From assembly GCA_046716145.1 (NCBI GenBank), contig JBKJXU010000304.1, forward strand, positions 1-62,836: a stretch of 62,836 bases of DNA. The letters are read 5' to 3'. Shown here one piece after another: positions 35,766 to 46,053 of this stretch. The first letter of the stretch is position 1; every line of letters starts with the position of its first letter. The notes under the pieces are model-generated. The model saw only the letters and a program-made list of their open reading frames with translations, had not been told where the DNA came from and searched no databases. The translations under genes were made by a program, and so were the position numbers. Source of the DNA: Actinomycetota bacterium (GTDB lineage: Bacteria > Actinomycetota > UBA4738 > HRBIN12).

Positions 35766-37132
35766 GTGGATCACGGGATCGATCTTGAGCATGCTGCCGC
35801 ACTGAAGCGTGGGGAAGACGAGCACTTCGAAGGCTCGCACCCTCGGTCGCTCACCATGCGCGAGCGGGCACGTCGCACCATGCCGCTCGGTGTGCCGATG
35901 TCATGGATGAGCTTCCTCTACGACCATCCCCCATCTTCGTGGAAGGAGCGGAGGGCGCGCACTTCACGGATATCGACGGACATCGCTACCTGGACTTGAG
36001 CCTGGGTATCACCGTGGCCTCAGCGGGGCATACGCCCGAGCCCGTCGTTCGCGCCGTCACCGACAGGATCGCGTGGGGCACGCAATTCCAACTGCCGACC
36101 GAGGACTCCATCGCCGTGTCGGAGGAACTCGCTCGCCGATGGGGTCTGCCGAAGTGGCAGTACCAACTGAGTTCGACGCAAGCGGTGACCGACGCGATCC
36201 ACCTGGCCCGGGCGCAGACCGGCCGCGAGCGCATCATCGTGTTCGAGGGCAAGTATCAAGGCCACCTCGCAGAGCTGCTCGCGGTCCAAGACGGAGCCGG
36301 CGGTACCGAGCCCGAGTACCTCGGCGTGACCAACCACGACATCCACCGCACCATCGTGTTGACGTGGAACGACCTCGACGGCGTCGCGGCAGCCCTCGGA
36401 GGAGACGACATCGCGCTGGTGCTGGCCGAACCGATGCTCACGAACTCAGGGATCGTCTTCCCGTCGGCAGGGTTCCACGAGGGCCTGCGCCGGTTGACGC
36501 GTGCGCACGGGACGCTGTTGGCGATCGACGAGACACAGACGCTGCCGATGGCGTTCGGCGGGTTCGTGCGCACATGGCGTCTGGACCCCGACTTGGTGAT
36601 CCTGGGGAAGTCACTCGGCGCCGGGGTTCCCGTCGCGGCCCTGGGCATGACGGACGTCATCGCCGGACTGATCGATCGGGAGTACGCCGCGTACGAGGTC
36701 TCGGGCGACGCGGTCGACGAACCCGCGATCGGCGGCACCCTGTTCGGCAACGCCCTGTCCATGGCTGCGGCGCGCGCTGCTCTCCTGGAGGTGTGGACCG
36801 AGGAGACGTACGCTCGGATGCAGGAACTGGCGCGCGCCCTTGCCGGCGGGATGACGTCCGCCATCCGCGCCCGGGGTCGCGACTGGGACGTCTATCACGG
36901 CGGGAACAGGGCCGGGTACCGCTACTCCCCGACCCCGCCCATGAACAACCGCGAAGCAGGTGAGCGCGACGTTCCCTTGGTCCGTCACCTACAGCGCGTG
37001 TTCATGGCCAACCGGGGGGTTTGGGATTTCGGGTGGTGGGGTGGGCCTGCCATCTCGGCTCAGACCACGATGGACGACGTCGGTACCTACTTGTCGGTGT
37101 TCGACGAGTTCCTCGATCGCCTGCTGCCGTGA
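35766..37132 (+). pseudogene. class III aminotransferase (GSA-aminomutase-like) with one frameshift in a C-run
   Basis: ORF 35766..35999 (...RERARRTMPLGVPMSWMSFLYDHPP) continues as IFVEGAEGAHFTDIDGHRYLD in ORF 35903..37132. The join lies in catCCCCCatc near 35927-35935. The PLP-lysine region is ILGKSLGAG. Confidence 0.7.
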
Positions 37133-37175
37133 GCGAGAGCGGCCCGCGAACCCAGCGCTCCAGTCGGTGGATGGG

Positions 37176-38405
37176 TCAGGCCGCGAGATAGCGCGCCACC
37201 ACCGCCTCCGGTCCCCCGGCGGTCGTCGAACCGGCGGGCCCAGGGGCTAGCGCCGTCACCTTGGCGGTGCAGCAGGCGAACCCGGTCGTGATCGTTCCGT
37301 CGCCTCCGAACGACGTGTCGAACGCCCCAGACGGCGAGAGCCGCGCGAGGAGGAACCGCGATCTCCCGTTCGTCCCGCCCAGCACCAGCCGGCCATCGTC
37401 TTGGACGAGCACATCGTGGCCGACCGTCCCCGCGCGGATACTCCGCCACCCGTCATCATCGAACCGAGGATCCAGCGACCCCGCGGGACGGAACCGCGCG
37501 ACCACCATCGAACTCCCGGTGGTCGTCGACCGCCGGCCGACGACCACGAGCCGGCTCCGGCCATCGATCGCCAGCCCGAGGGCGCTCTCGCGACCTCCCA
37601 GATCCACCCTGACGCGTCCGGCGGTGCCGAAGGCGAGGTCGGGCGATCCGTCGGGCAGGAACCGCGCCAGGAACACGTCGCTCCCCGCGCTGCCGGCGAG
37701 CACGATCCGGCCGGCGTCGTCGAGTACCACCGCTTCCGCACGCATCGACCCCTCACCGAGTGACGTGATCGCCAGGCCGTTCCCGGAGAACGTGGCATCG
37801 AGCCCGCCCTCTTCCAGGTAGCGGAGCACCACGGCGCGGTGAGCGCCGTCGGCCGAGCCCACGACGACGATCTTCCCGTCGGGCTGCACGGCGACGTCGG
37901 CAGCGTGATCCGAAGCGAGCCGCCCACCCACGTCGATCTTGGTCCAGAGCCGCCCAACGGAGAAGAAGCTTGGATCGGCATCGCCGTCGGCTTCGAACCG
38001 GGCCAGGGCGAACCGCGTTGGACCCCCGTCGGTCCGCCCGTCCCCGACCGCGACGACCCGGTCCCCGTCGAGCGCGACCGCCGTCGCCGAAACCGACAGG
38101 GTGCTGAACGTCGCCGTCGCCAGACCACCGGCGGCGAACCCCACGTCAGGGAGGCCGGCAGGCGTGAGCCGGGCGACGCCGAACCGGCCGGGCCCTGCGC
38201 CGGGCGTCGACGTCCCGGCCACGATCACGCTGCCATCACCCGCCGTCGCCAGGTCGTGCAAGCGGAAGTCCTCGAACGCCAAGACGACCTTGCCATCGCC
38301 GTCGAACGAGGGGTCGAGGTCACCCGCGGCCGCGTGGACCAACGCTGGAGCGAGCGCGAGCCAGGCGGCGCACGCCACGGTGATCATCCGAGCCGAGGTG
38401 GACAT
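37176..38405 (-). CDS. secreted delta-60-repeat beta-propeller protein
   Basis: Signal peptide MITVACAAWLALAPALVHA. Seven repeats of D-x-x-F-x-x-x-G are present (LDPSFDGDG, PDVGFAAGG, ADPSFFSVG, LDATFSGNG, PDLAFGTAG, LDPRFDDDG, FDTSFGGDG). Confidence 0.7.
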   Translation of the reverse strand: MSTSARMITVACAAWLALAPALVHAAAGDLDPSFDGDGKVVLAFEDFRLHDLATAGDGSVIVAGTSTPGAGPGRFGVARLTPAGLPDVGFAAGGLATATFSTLSVSATAVALDGDRVVAVGDGRTDGGPTRFALARFEADGDADPSFFSVGRLWTKIDVGGRLASDHAADVAVQPDGKIVVVGSADGAHRAVVLRYLEEGGLDATFSGNGLAITSLGEGSMRAEAVVLDDAGRIVLAGSAGSDVFLARFLPDGSPDLAFGTAGRVRVDLGGRESALGLAIDGRSRLVVVGRRSTTTGSSMVVARFRPAGSLDPRFDDDGWRSIRAGTVGHDVLVQDDGRLVLGGTNGRSRFLLARLSPSGAFDTSFGGDGTITTGFACCTAKVTALAPGPAGSTTAGGPEAVVARYLAA

Positions 38406-38555
38406 CCGCGCATCTTCGCCCTTCGGGGTCTCGAAAGCGAGCGGTTCCCTCCGGTCACGATCCCCGCCTCCGGAGGCATGGAGGTTCCGGACGCTCGGGA
38501 ACCGGAGCGTCCGGTCGCGTCGTCGACCGAGTTTCCGCGAAAAAGGGGGAGATCC

Positions 38556-39623
38556 ATGCGAACGCTCCCGGGCGCCTCACGCGTCGTCGCTGCCGGCCTC
38601 ATCGCCGCAGCACTCATCCTGGTCCCTGCTACCGCCGCCTCGGCGTGCGGAGGGCTGGTAGCCCCCAACGGCACCGTGAACCTGGTCCGGACGACGACCC
38701 TGGCCGCCTACCACCGCGGGATCGAGCATTACGTGACCTCCTTCACCTTCACCGGGAAGGCTGCCGGGGAGGTCGGGTCCATCGTCCCGCTGCCCGGGGT
38801 CCCCACGAAGGTCGTGAAGGGCGGTGACTGGACCCTGCAACGCCTGGTCCTGGAGACGCAGCCGCAACCGGTCGCGGACGAGTTGTTCGCCTCGGCGGGG
38901 GCTGCCCTTTCCTCGGCTCGCGTCCTCATGACCGCCGAGATCGACGCACTCGACATCACGGTCCTGGAGGGCGGCGGCACGGCCGTCGGCAACTGGGCGA
39001 GAGAGAACGGCTTCTTCCTGCCGCCCGACGCTCCCGAGATGCTCGACTTCTACGCTGAGCGGAGCCCGATCTTCATGGCCGCGAAGTTCAACATCGAGCG
39101 CGCCGCGGACCAAGGCGTCCAGGAGGGCCAAGGAACGCCGATCCATGTCGTCATCCCGACGCCCGACCCGTGGGTGCCGCTGCGCATCCTCGGTCTCGGC
39201 CTCGATGCCTCCCAGGTCATCCAGGCCGACGTGTACCTGCTCACCGACCGGCGTCCGGCCACCCTTCCCCAGGCCGTGCGGCCCAACGGCGACCCCGACC
39301 AGCGCGGACTCATCCAAGAGGTGAGCGAAGAGGCGTCGACGACGCTGCTGCGTGACCTCCGTTCGGACCGGGGCATGCGATGGCTCCCTGAGGACGACAT
39401 GTGGCTCACGTACGTGCGGGTCAACGAGGAGGCGGGCGAACTCACGAACGACCTGGCGGTCGATGCCAGCGGGTTCGGCCAGCCCGACCCCGTCGCCGCG
39501 GGATTCCAGGCGCCTCTCGTCGCCATCGGCCCCGACCTGCTCCCCGTCGCGTGGCTCTCGATCCTCGCGTTCTCGCTCGTGCTCTTCATCGGAGCGATCG
39601 CTCGGCGACGCCAGCTCGCGTGA
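38556..39623 (+). CDS. DUF2330-like exported protein with C-terminal membrane anchor
   Basis: The signal ends ASACGG. The segments YHRGIEHYVTSFTF and ITVLEGGG are present. The C-terminal TM is LLPVAWLSILAFSLVLFIGAI. Confidence 0.6.
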   Translation: MRTLPGASRVVAAGLIAAALILVPATAASACGGLVAPNGTVNLVRTTTLAAYHRGIEHYVTSFTFTGKAAGEVGSIVPLPGVPTKVVKGGDWTLQRLVLETQPQPVADELFASAGAALSSARVLMTAEIDALDITVLEGGGTAVGNWARENGFFLPPDAPEMLDFYAERSPIFMAAKFNIERAADQGVQEGQGTPIHVVIPTPDPWVPLRILGLGLDASQVIQADVYLLTDRRPATLPQAVRPNGDPDQRGLIQEVSEEASTTLLRDLRSDRGMRWLPEDDMWLTYVRVNEEAGELTNDLAVDASGFGQPDPVAAGFQAPLVAIGPDLLPVAWLSILAFSLVLFIGAIARRRQLA

Positions 39624-40039
39624 ACACGACCCGGCTCCGCGCGTCGGTGCCCGTGGCCCTGCTCCTGCTCGTGGGCGGCGGTGCCGTGTGGGGCGGCGTC
39701 CTGGACACCGGCGTGCGCACCGTCGAGGTTCGTTTGCGGTACTCGCATTTCGAGCCCGACCTGATCACCGTGGAACCGGGAGAGACCGTGCGCTTCTTGG
39801 TGCACAACGGTGACCCGATCGATCACGAGTTCATCATCGGAGACGCAGAGGTGCAGCGTGCGCACGAGCGCGGGACCGAGTCCTTCCACGCCCCTCGCCC
39901 CGGCGAGATGACCGTGCCCGCGGGCGCGACACGCGAGACGACGTATACGTTCCCGGCCGCGTCTGCCACGTTGATCCTGGGATGCCATCTCCCGAGCCAC
40001 TACGCCTACGGGATGCGGGCGGCGATCACGATCGCGTGA
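39620..40039 (+). CDS. cupredoxin (plastocyanin/azurin-like) type-1 copper protein
   Basis: A GTGA overlap joins it to the previous gene and it has an N-terminal TM/signal. The copper ligands are His in DPIDHEF and C-x4-H-x4-M in GCHLPSHYAYGM. Confidence 0.7.
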   Translation: MNTTRLRASVPVALLLLVGGGAVWGGVLDTGVRTVEVRLRYSHFEPDLITVEPGETVRFLVHNGDPIDHEFIIGDAEVQRAHERGTESFHAPRPGEMTVPAGATRETTYTFPAASATLILGCHLPSHYAYGMRAAITIA

Positions 40040-40087
40040 AGGACACGGGCGGGTGTCCCCGGCCGCCCGCCGCCGTCGATCGGGATC

Positions 40088-40459
40088 TCACCCCGGCTTG
40101 GCGTAATTCGCCATCTCCTGGGCGAAGTCGATCCCGACGTAGGACTCGTCGCCGATAACCCAGGCGTCGTGACCGGGCTCGATCACGTAGCCGTCACCGG
40201 CGCCGATCGTCGTCTCGGTTCCGTCCTCGGCCTGGATGACCAGCGAGCCCGACACGACGTAGCCCTTGTGCAGGATCATGCATCGTTCGGTGCCCGCGAT
40301 CGGCTTGACGTCGTTGGACCACCGCCAGCCGGGCGCGAATCGAGCCCTCCCGATCATGGTCTCGCCCATGGTGACCATCTCGGCGACCCCGTTGGGGAAC
40401 GAGCGGGTCTCATCGGGCTTGTCGAGGCTTCGAACCGTGACACGACCCATCTGCATCAC
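40088..40459 (-). CDS. cupin domain protein
   Basis: The 123-aa product has a beta-barrel cupin pattern (HKGYVVSGSLVIQ...GDGYVIEPGHDAWV). Confidence 0.65.
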   Translation of the reverse strand: MMQMGRVTVRSLDKPDETRSFPNGVAEMVTMGETMIGRARFAPGWRWSNDVKPIAGTERCMILHKGYVVSGSLVIQAEDGTETTIGAGDGYVIEPGHDAWVIGDESYVGIDFAQEMANYAKPG

Positions 40460-40531
40460 CTCCCCTGCTGTGAGGGTCTCTCCACCCTAGACCCGGCTGA
40501 GCCTGCCGGCAAAGCGCGGTACCGTGGAGCC

Positions 40532-40984
40532 GTGTTCGTACCCGACGGCTTCCAGCCACCCCTCGGCCTGTGGAACGAACGGTTCTTGCTCGAACCGCTC
40601 GGGCCCCGGCACAACGAGCGTGACCACGCCGCCTGGATGTCCAGCATCGAGCACATCCGCGCCACGCCCGGTTACGGCGATCCGGTCGACCCCGATCCAT
40701 GGCCGGAACCTATGACGCTCGCCGAGAACCTCGAGGACATGCACATGCATGCGCGCCATTTCCACGATCGCGAGGGCTTCACCTACACGGTGCTCGACCC
40801 CGCGACGAAGGACGTGATCGGGTGCGTGTACATCTACCCGGTGCAGGGCGAGGACCTCACGGCGGATGTTCGTTCATGGGTCCGGTCTTCGCACGCGGAC
40901 CTGGATGCGCCGCTGTGGCGCGACGCGAGTGAGTGGCTCAGGGACGACTGGCCGTTCGCCGACGTCCACTTCGCCGCACGCTGA
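40532..40984 (+). CDS. GNAT-like acetyltransferase-fold protein
   Basis: GTG start after GGAG. The sequence contains FTYTVLDPATKDVIGCVYIYP. Confidence 0.5.
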   Translation: MFVPDGFQPPLGLWNERFLLEPLGPRHNERDHAAWMSSIEHIRATPGYGDPVDPDPWPEPMTLAENLEDMHMHARHFHDREGFTYTVLDPATKDVIGCVYIYPVQGEDLTADVRSWVRSSHADLDAPLWRDASEWLRDDWPFADVHFAAR

Positions 40985-41023
40985 ACGAACGGAACGGGGG
41001 TCGCCTGCGCCTGATCCCCCGCG

Positions 41024-42157
41024 TCACACAGCGCGGAGCACGGGCGCAGCTGCCGGACCGACCACGCCGGGGAGGCGGACCACGAAGCGAGCTCCGCCGC
41101 CGGGTCGATCCTCGACCCTGGCGGAGCCGCCGTGCAGTTCGGCGAACCGACGCACGAGCGACAGGCCGATGCCGACGCCGCCACGGGCCGCGTCGCCCTG
41201 ACGGAAGGCCTCGAACACAGCTTCCTTCATGAGGTCGGGGACGCCGGGACCCTGGTCCTCGACGATCATCGTGAGGCCCTCGGGGTCGGGGCGCACCTCC
41301 ACCTGGATAGGCGTCCCCGGGGCGGTGTGCCGTGCCGCGTTGCCGAGCAGGTTGTCGATGATCCGTTCGACCTTCGACCCGTCGACATCGGCGAGCACGT
41401 CGGGACCATCCACGCGCACGGGGTGGCCGGAGAGAGCCGGGATCTCGAGCGCGGCACGGCGAGCGAGTCCCACCACGTCGGTAGGCTCGCGCTCGATGCT
41501 CAGCTGACCCCTGTCCAGACGATCCAGGTCCAGCAGGTCATCCACGAGCCGCGCAGCCTTCGCCCCCGCCTGTTCGATGACCCCGTACAGATCATGCATC
41601 TCCACCTCGGTGAGGCCGAGCTTCTCCGCACGGCGGATCGTCTGCATCGCCCCGAGCACGCCTGCCAGCGGGCCCTTCAGGTCGTGCGAGACCGCGTGCA
41701 ACAGCGTGTCCTTCAGGTCGTTCTGCTCGCGGAGGTCGGTGGTTGTCTCCGCCTCATCGGCCAAGAGCCGGCCCAACCGAGCTCCTTGCCGCGAGATGGC
41801 CTCCTGCAGCGCCGCCAGCATCCACGCCGCGAGCACGAACATCGAGAGCCAGACGAAGGCGTTCCACGACGGGAGCGGGAGCCGTCCGGTGCCGGCGTCT
41901 GCGAGTTGGGTGGGGAGCGTGGCGAAGCCCGCCATCACGATGCCGAGGAGCCGGCCGCCGTTCCACGTCACCAGCAGGACCGGCATCAACATCAAGGGCG
42001 CCAGGGAGATGGTGCGACCGGTCGCGTGGTCGACCGTTCCGACCACGGCGACGAACGCCAAGCCGAGCGTGAACCCCAATGCCGGAGAGATGCCCCCGAA
42101 GAAACCCTCCAGATAGGCCTGCTTGCCCTGATCGCGCCGCTGCGCTCGTTCCCCCAC
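41024..42157 (-). CDS. sensor histidine kinase (no cognate response regulator in window)
   Basis: H-box HAVSHDLKGPL, N-box IIDNLLGNAARH and G-boxes DQGPGV / GVGIGLSL, with four N-terminal TM segments. The start is uncertain and is assigned to the GTG at 42157. Confidence 0.75.
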   Translation of the reverse strand: MGERAQRRDQGKQAYLEGFFGGISPALGFTLGLAFVAVVGTVDHATGRTISLAPLMLMPVLLVTWNGGRLLGIVMAGFATLPTQLADAGTGRLPLPSWNAFVWLSMFVLAAWMLAALQEAISRQGARLGRLLADEAETTTDLREQNDLKDTLLHAVSHDLKGPLAGVLGAMQTIRRAEKLGLTEVEMHDLYGVIEQAGAKAARLVDDLLDLDRLDRGQLSIEREPTDVVGLARRAALEIPALSGHPVRVDGPDVLADVDGSKVERIIDNLLGNAARHTAPGTPIQVEVRPDPEGLTMIVEDQGPGVPDLMKEAVFEAFRQGDAARGGVGIGLSLVRRFAELHGGSARVEDRPGGGARFVVRLPGVVGPAAAPVLRAV

Positions 42158-42210
42158 GGGAAGTACGTCGGCCGCCGAAGGTCGTACCTTGAGCCGGGTA
42201 TCGGGGGAGG

Positions 42211-42822
42211 TCAGTCTGACCCGAGGAGATCTCGCAATGCTCGGAACGCCTTGCCGCGGTGCGAGATCCGATCTTTCTGCTCGTCCGTGAGTTCGGCCAT
42301 GGTGAGATCCCAACCCGCCGGGACGAAGATCGGGTCATAGCCGAACCCCTTCTGGCCGCGCGGCGCGGTGAGAAGGGTTCCCTCGCACACGGCCTCGGCG
42401 CGCCGCGCGGGGACCGCCTCGCCCGGGAACGCCAGCACGGCGACGCAGCGATACCGGGCCGTGCGGCCGCCGGAGGGAACACCCCGCAGCGCCGCGATGA
42501 CGGCCTTCAGGTTCTCAACATCGGTGGCATCCTCGCCGGCGAACCGCGCGCTCCGCACTCCCGGCCGTCCCCCCAAGGCGTCGACCTCGATGCCCGAGTC
42601 GTCCGCGACCGCCGGGAACCCCAGCGCGTCAGCGACGGCCACGGCCTTCAAGCGCGCGTTGTTCAGGTACGTGGCGCCCGTCTCTTCGACCTCGGGGGCC
42701 GCCTCCGCTCCGGGATCGCGCAGGGACGTCCAAGTCACAGGCCAGTCGGCGCAGATCCGTCCCAGCTCCCGGATCTTGTGATCGTTGCGCGTGGCGAGGA
42801 CGATGCGTGGGGGGAAGGACAT
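42211..42822 (-). CDS. rdgB: non-canonical purine NTP pyrophosphatase RdgB/HAM1
   Basis: IVLATRNDHKIREL, EETGATYLNNA and GFGYDPIF are present. It sits in conserved synteny after rph. Confidence 0.88.
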   Translation of the reverse strand: MSFPPRIVLATRNDHKIRELGRICADWPVTWTSLRDPGAEAAPEVEETGATYLNNARLKAVAVADALGFPAVADDSGIEVDALGGRPGVRSARFAGEDATDVENLKAVIAALRGVPSGGRTARYRCVAVLAFPGEAVPARRAEAVCEGTLLTAPRGQKGFGYDPIFVPAGWDLTMAELTDEQKDRISHRGKAFRALRDLLGSD

Positions 42823-43523
42823 CAGCCGAGCGCGGCGCGTTGGATCCGTGAGAGATCTGCGATCCCGCCCGTGGCCAGATCCAGCAACGCATCCATCTGA
42901 TCGCGGGAGAACGGCTGGCCTTCCGCGGTGCCTTGCACCTCGACCAACGCGCCCGCACCCGTCATCACGATGTTGCAGTCGACCTCGGCGGCGGCGTCCT
43001 CCTCGTAGCAGAGGTCGAGGAGCGCGTCCTCACCGACGAGTCCGACGGACACCGCCGCGACCGAGTCGAGCAGGGCGTGGCCGAGGTCCAGCCCCCGCAG
43101 CGCCAGTGCCAGCGCGATGTAGCCGCCGGTGACCGATGCCGTGCGCGTGCCGGCGTCGGCCTGCAGCACGTCACAGTCCACCGTGATGGTCCGCTCCCCC
43201 AACGCCCGCAGATCCGTGACGCTTCGCAGCGACCGTCCGATGAGACGCTGGATCTCCTGCGTCCGGCCACCGGGTCGCCCACGGTTGACCTCTCGGAACG
43301 AACGTTCGTTGGTGGACGCGGGGAGCATCGAGTACTCGCCGGTCACCCACCCCTCCCCGCTGCCGCGCTTCCACCGAGGACCCTCATCCGCCACGCTCGC
43401 CGCGCACAGCACCCGCGTCTTGCCCATCGAAAAGAGCACCGAACCGGCGGCCCATTCCTGGAACCCGATCTCGTACGTGACGGGCCGCAGGTCCGACAGA
43501 CCGCGGCCGTCCGGCCTGCTCAC
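42822..43523 (-). CDS. rph: ribonuclease PH
   Basis: The GTG start overlaps the upstream stop (GTGA). The sequence reads [12 protein letters not shown]...[14 protein letters not shown]...[15 protein letters not shown]...[14 protein letters not shown]. Confidence 0.9.
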   Translation of the reverse strand: MSRPDGRGLSDLRPVTYEIGFQEWAAGSVLFSMGKTRVLCAASVADEGPRWKRGSGEGWVTGEYSMLPASTNERSFREVNRGRPGGRTQEIQRLIGRSLRSVTDLRALGERTITVDCDVLQADAGTRTASVTGGYIALALALRGLDLGHALLDSVAAVSVGLVGEDALLDLCYEEDAAAEVDCNIVMTGAGALVEVQGTAEGQPFSRDQMDALLDLATGGIADLSRIQRAALG

Positions 43524-44272
43524 GACCCGACTTCCCACTGGTCGTCGGGGATGGCGACGTCGATCGCGCCATCGAACGCGGTGGATGCCTGTTCCAACGA
43601 GGTGCCGGGGTCCAGGTCCGGCGTGATGTGGGTAAGCACGAGGCGCCTGACGCCCGCGGCCACCGCGTGCTCGGCCGCTTGACGCGCGCTCAGGTGGAAG
43701 AAGGTCGTGTCCTGGTGGTCTTGGTAGGTAGCCTCGCACAGGAACAGATCCGCTCCTCGTGCCAGCTCCACCGCGTTCTCGCACGGACCGGTGTCCCCCG
43801 TGAACGCGAACGTGTGTCCCCCGGCCTCGATCCGGTACCCGAGGGAGTTGACCCCGATGTGGGTCATCTCGTACGCCTCCACCCGGAACGGACCGACCTC
43901 GAAGACCGCGCCGTGCGCGATGTGATGCATCGCATACGCCTCGCTCATCACATCTCGCCCCGCCTCCGAGACGAGCATCGCGGCATGGTCCATGAAACCT
44001 TCGGGCGAGTAGAACGGCAGACCCGGCTCTCCCAGATGCCCGTAGTGACGCGCGTAGAAATGCGGGATCACGTCAAGGAAATGGTCGGCGTGTCCGTGCG
44101 AGATGAGCATCGCGCCCACATCGGCGACGCGGATGTGTTCTTGCATCCGGGCGAACGTCCCCGTCCCGGCGTCGAGCCAGAGGTGGTACCCCTGGTGGCT
44201 CACGAGGTAGCCGCTGCATTGCCCGTTCACACCAGGCCACGTTCCCTGAGACCCCAACACGGTCAGCCTCAT
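43520..44272 (-). CDS. MBL-fold metallo-hydrolase (Rv1339-like position)
   Basis: The HxHxDH motif is ISHGHADHF. It sits in conserved synteny between murI and rph. Confidence 0.8.
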   Translation of the reverse strand: MRLTVLGSQGTWPGVNGQCSGYLVSHQGYHLWLDAGTGTFARMQEHIRVADVGAMLISHGHADHFLDVIPHFYARHYGHLGEPGLPFYSPEGFMDHAAMLVSEAGRDVMSEAYAMHHIAHGAVFEVGPFRVEAYEMTHIGVNSLGYRIEAGGHTFAFTGDTGPCENAVELARGADLFLCEATYQDHQDTTFFHLSARQAAEHAVAAGVRRLVLTHITPDLDPGTSLEQASTAFDGAIDVAIPDDQWEVGS

Positions 44273-45069
44273 GCGACGCTCCCCACACGCACGGTGTCCA
44301 CGCTCATCTCGTGTCCCCAGAACCGCTCCGCCACCTGTCGGAACGACGACGCCTCACCGGTGGTGAGGAAGACGTGCTCAGGCGGCGCCGGGTCCTCGCA
44401 CAATGCCTCGTTCCGCGAGAGGGCGGCGTAGACGTCCTTGGCTGTCTCCTCCGCCGAGGACACGAGCACCACATCGGGACCCATCTCCATCTGGAGCAGC
44501 CCCGCGAGCAGCGGGTAGTGGGTGCAGCCCAGGATCAAAGTATCGATGTCCGCCTCCTTCAGCGGAGCAAGATACCCGCGCGCGGCCTCCCGCAACCCGT
44601 CGCTCGTCGTATCCCCTCGCTCCACATGCTCGACGAAGGCGGGACACGCCACGGCGTGCAGGGTGACCGAAGCGCCGAGGGCTCGCTGGTAGGCACCCGT
44701 CGCGATGGTCGCCTCCGTACCGATCACGCCGACCACGCCGTTGCGCGATGCGGCGACGGCAGCCCGCGCGCCGGGGTTCACGACCCCGATGACCGGCAGC
44801 TCGTGGGCCGCGGCGATGTCGCCGATCGCCGAGACCTCCACGGAGTTGCACGCGATCACGAGCATCTTCACGTCGCGTTCGACGAGCCACGCCGCGATCT
44901 GCATCGCGAAGCCCCGGATCTCCTCGACCGGCCGCGGGCCGTAAGGGAACCGCGCGCCATCACCAACGTACAGGATCGACTCGTTGGGCAATTGATCCGT
45001 GATCGCACGTGCGACCGTGAGCCCGCCGACGCTCGAGTCGAACACACCGATCGGGCGGCCGTCAGTCAC
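44269..45069 (-). CDS. murI: glutamate racemase
   Basis: IGVFDSSVGGLTV, catalytic-Cys contexts IACNS and GCTHYP. Confidence 0.9.
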   Translation of the reverse strand: MTDGRPIGVFDSSVGGLTVARAITDQLPNESILYVGDGARFPYGPRPVEEIRGFAMQIAAWLVERDVKMLVIACNSVEVSAIGDIAAAHELPVIGVVNPGARAAVAASRNGVVGVIGTEATIATGAYQRALGASVTLHAVACPAFVEHVERGDTTSDGLREAARGYLAPLKEADIDTLILGCTHYPLLAGLLQMEMGPDVVLVSSAEETAKDVYAALSRNEALCEDPAPPEHVFLTTGEASSFRQVAERFWGHEMSVDTVRVGSVA

Positions 45070-45072
45070 GCA

Positions 45073-46023
45073 CTACCACCACAACGACTCCTCGACGCCC
45101 TTCTCGGCCGTGGAGAGATCATCCGCCCACGCCTCGGTGGACAGGTACTTCCACCCGCCGTCGGCCAGCAGACAGACGACGTCGCCCTCATCCAGTTCGG
45201 CGGCGATCCGCTGCGCGACGTGGATGACGGCACCACTCGAGATCCCGGAGAAGATCCCCTCGCGCAGCGTCAGCTCGCGCGTGGCCCGCAACGCATCGGA
45301 GGAGTTGACCAAGAACTTCCGATCGATCTGCGAGGGGTCGAAGATCGGCGGGACGAAGCCTTCGTCGAGCGAACGGAGCCCGTAGACCAGATCGCCGAGC
45401 TCCGGCTCGGCGGCGATCACCTTGATATCGGGCCGGTGCGCGTGCAACGCACGCCCGGTGCCGGTGAGGGTTCCGCCCGTCCCCATCCCCGCGACGAAGT
45501 GGGTCACATCGGGGAGGTCGCGGATGATCTCCTGTGCCGTCCCCTCCTCGTGCGCGAGCGGGTTCGCGGGGTTGCCGTACTGGAACGGCATGAAGTAGCG
45601 GTCATCGGCGGCGAGCGCCCGCGCCACCTCGATGGAGCCGTTCGTGCCCTTGGCGCCGTCGCTGAAGACGATCTCCGCACCGAACAGGCGGAGCAAGCCG
45701 ATCCGCTCCTGGCTGGCGTTGTCCGGGATCACCACGGTGAGCTCGTAGCCCTTGCGGCGCGCCACCATCGCGAGTGCGATCCCGGTGTTCCCGCTCGTCG
45801 GCTCCAGGATGGTCTTGTCCGGTGTCAACGCACCCGAGGCCTCGGCGACCTCGACCATCTTGAGGGCGATGCGGTCTTTCGTGGAGCCGGTGGGGTTCTG
45901 CCCCTCCAGCTTCGCCCAGATGCGGACGCCCGGCTTCGGCGACATCCGGTCGATGCCGACCAGCGGCGTATCGCCGATGGCGTCCAGGATCGAGTCATAG
46001 CGCACGGTGGTCGATGTTCCCAC
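45073..46023 (-). CDS. cysM: PLP-dependent cysteine synthase, CysM type (CysO-thiocarboxylate dependent)
   Basis: PLP lysine in NPTGSTKDR, plus the TSGNTG and GTGGT loops. It lies directly downstream of a CysO-like carrier. Confidence 0.85.
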   Translation of the reverse strand: MGTSTTVRYDSILDAIGDTPLVGIDRMSPKPGVRIWAKLEGQNPTGSTKDRIALKMVEVAEASGALTPDKTILEPTSGNTGIALAMVARRKGYELTVVIPDNASQERIGLLRLFGAEIVFSDGAKGTNGSIEVARALAADDRYFMPFQYGNPANPLAHEEGTAQEIIRDLPDVTHFVAGMGTGGTLTGTGRALHAHRPDIKVIAAEPELGDLVYGLRSLDEGFVPPIFDPSQIDRKFLVNSSDALRATRELTLREGIFSGISSGAVIHVAQRIAAELDEGDVVCLLADGGWKYLSTEAWADDLSTAEKGVEESLWW

Positions 46024-46053
46024 AGTGCCGGAGTCCCGGGTCGACCCCGGATG

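Noticed and set aside
40047-40071. GC-rich hairpin (GGGCGG..n..CCGCCC-like) between the convergent cupredoxin and cupin genes as a terminator
   Set aside because: The stem is imperfect, the loop is about 12 nt and there is no U-tract. That is not convincing as an intrinsic terminator.
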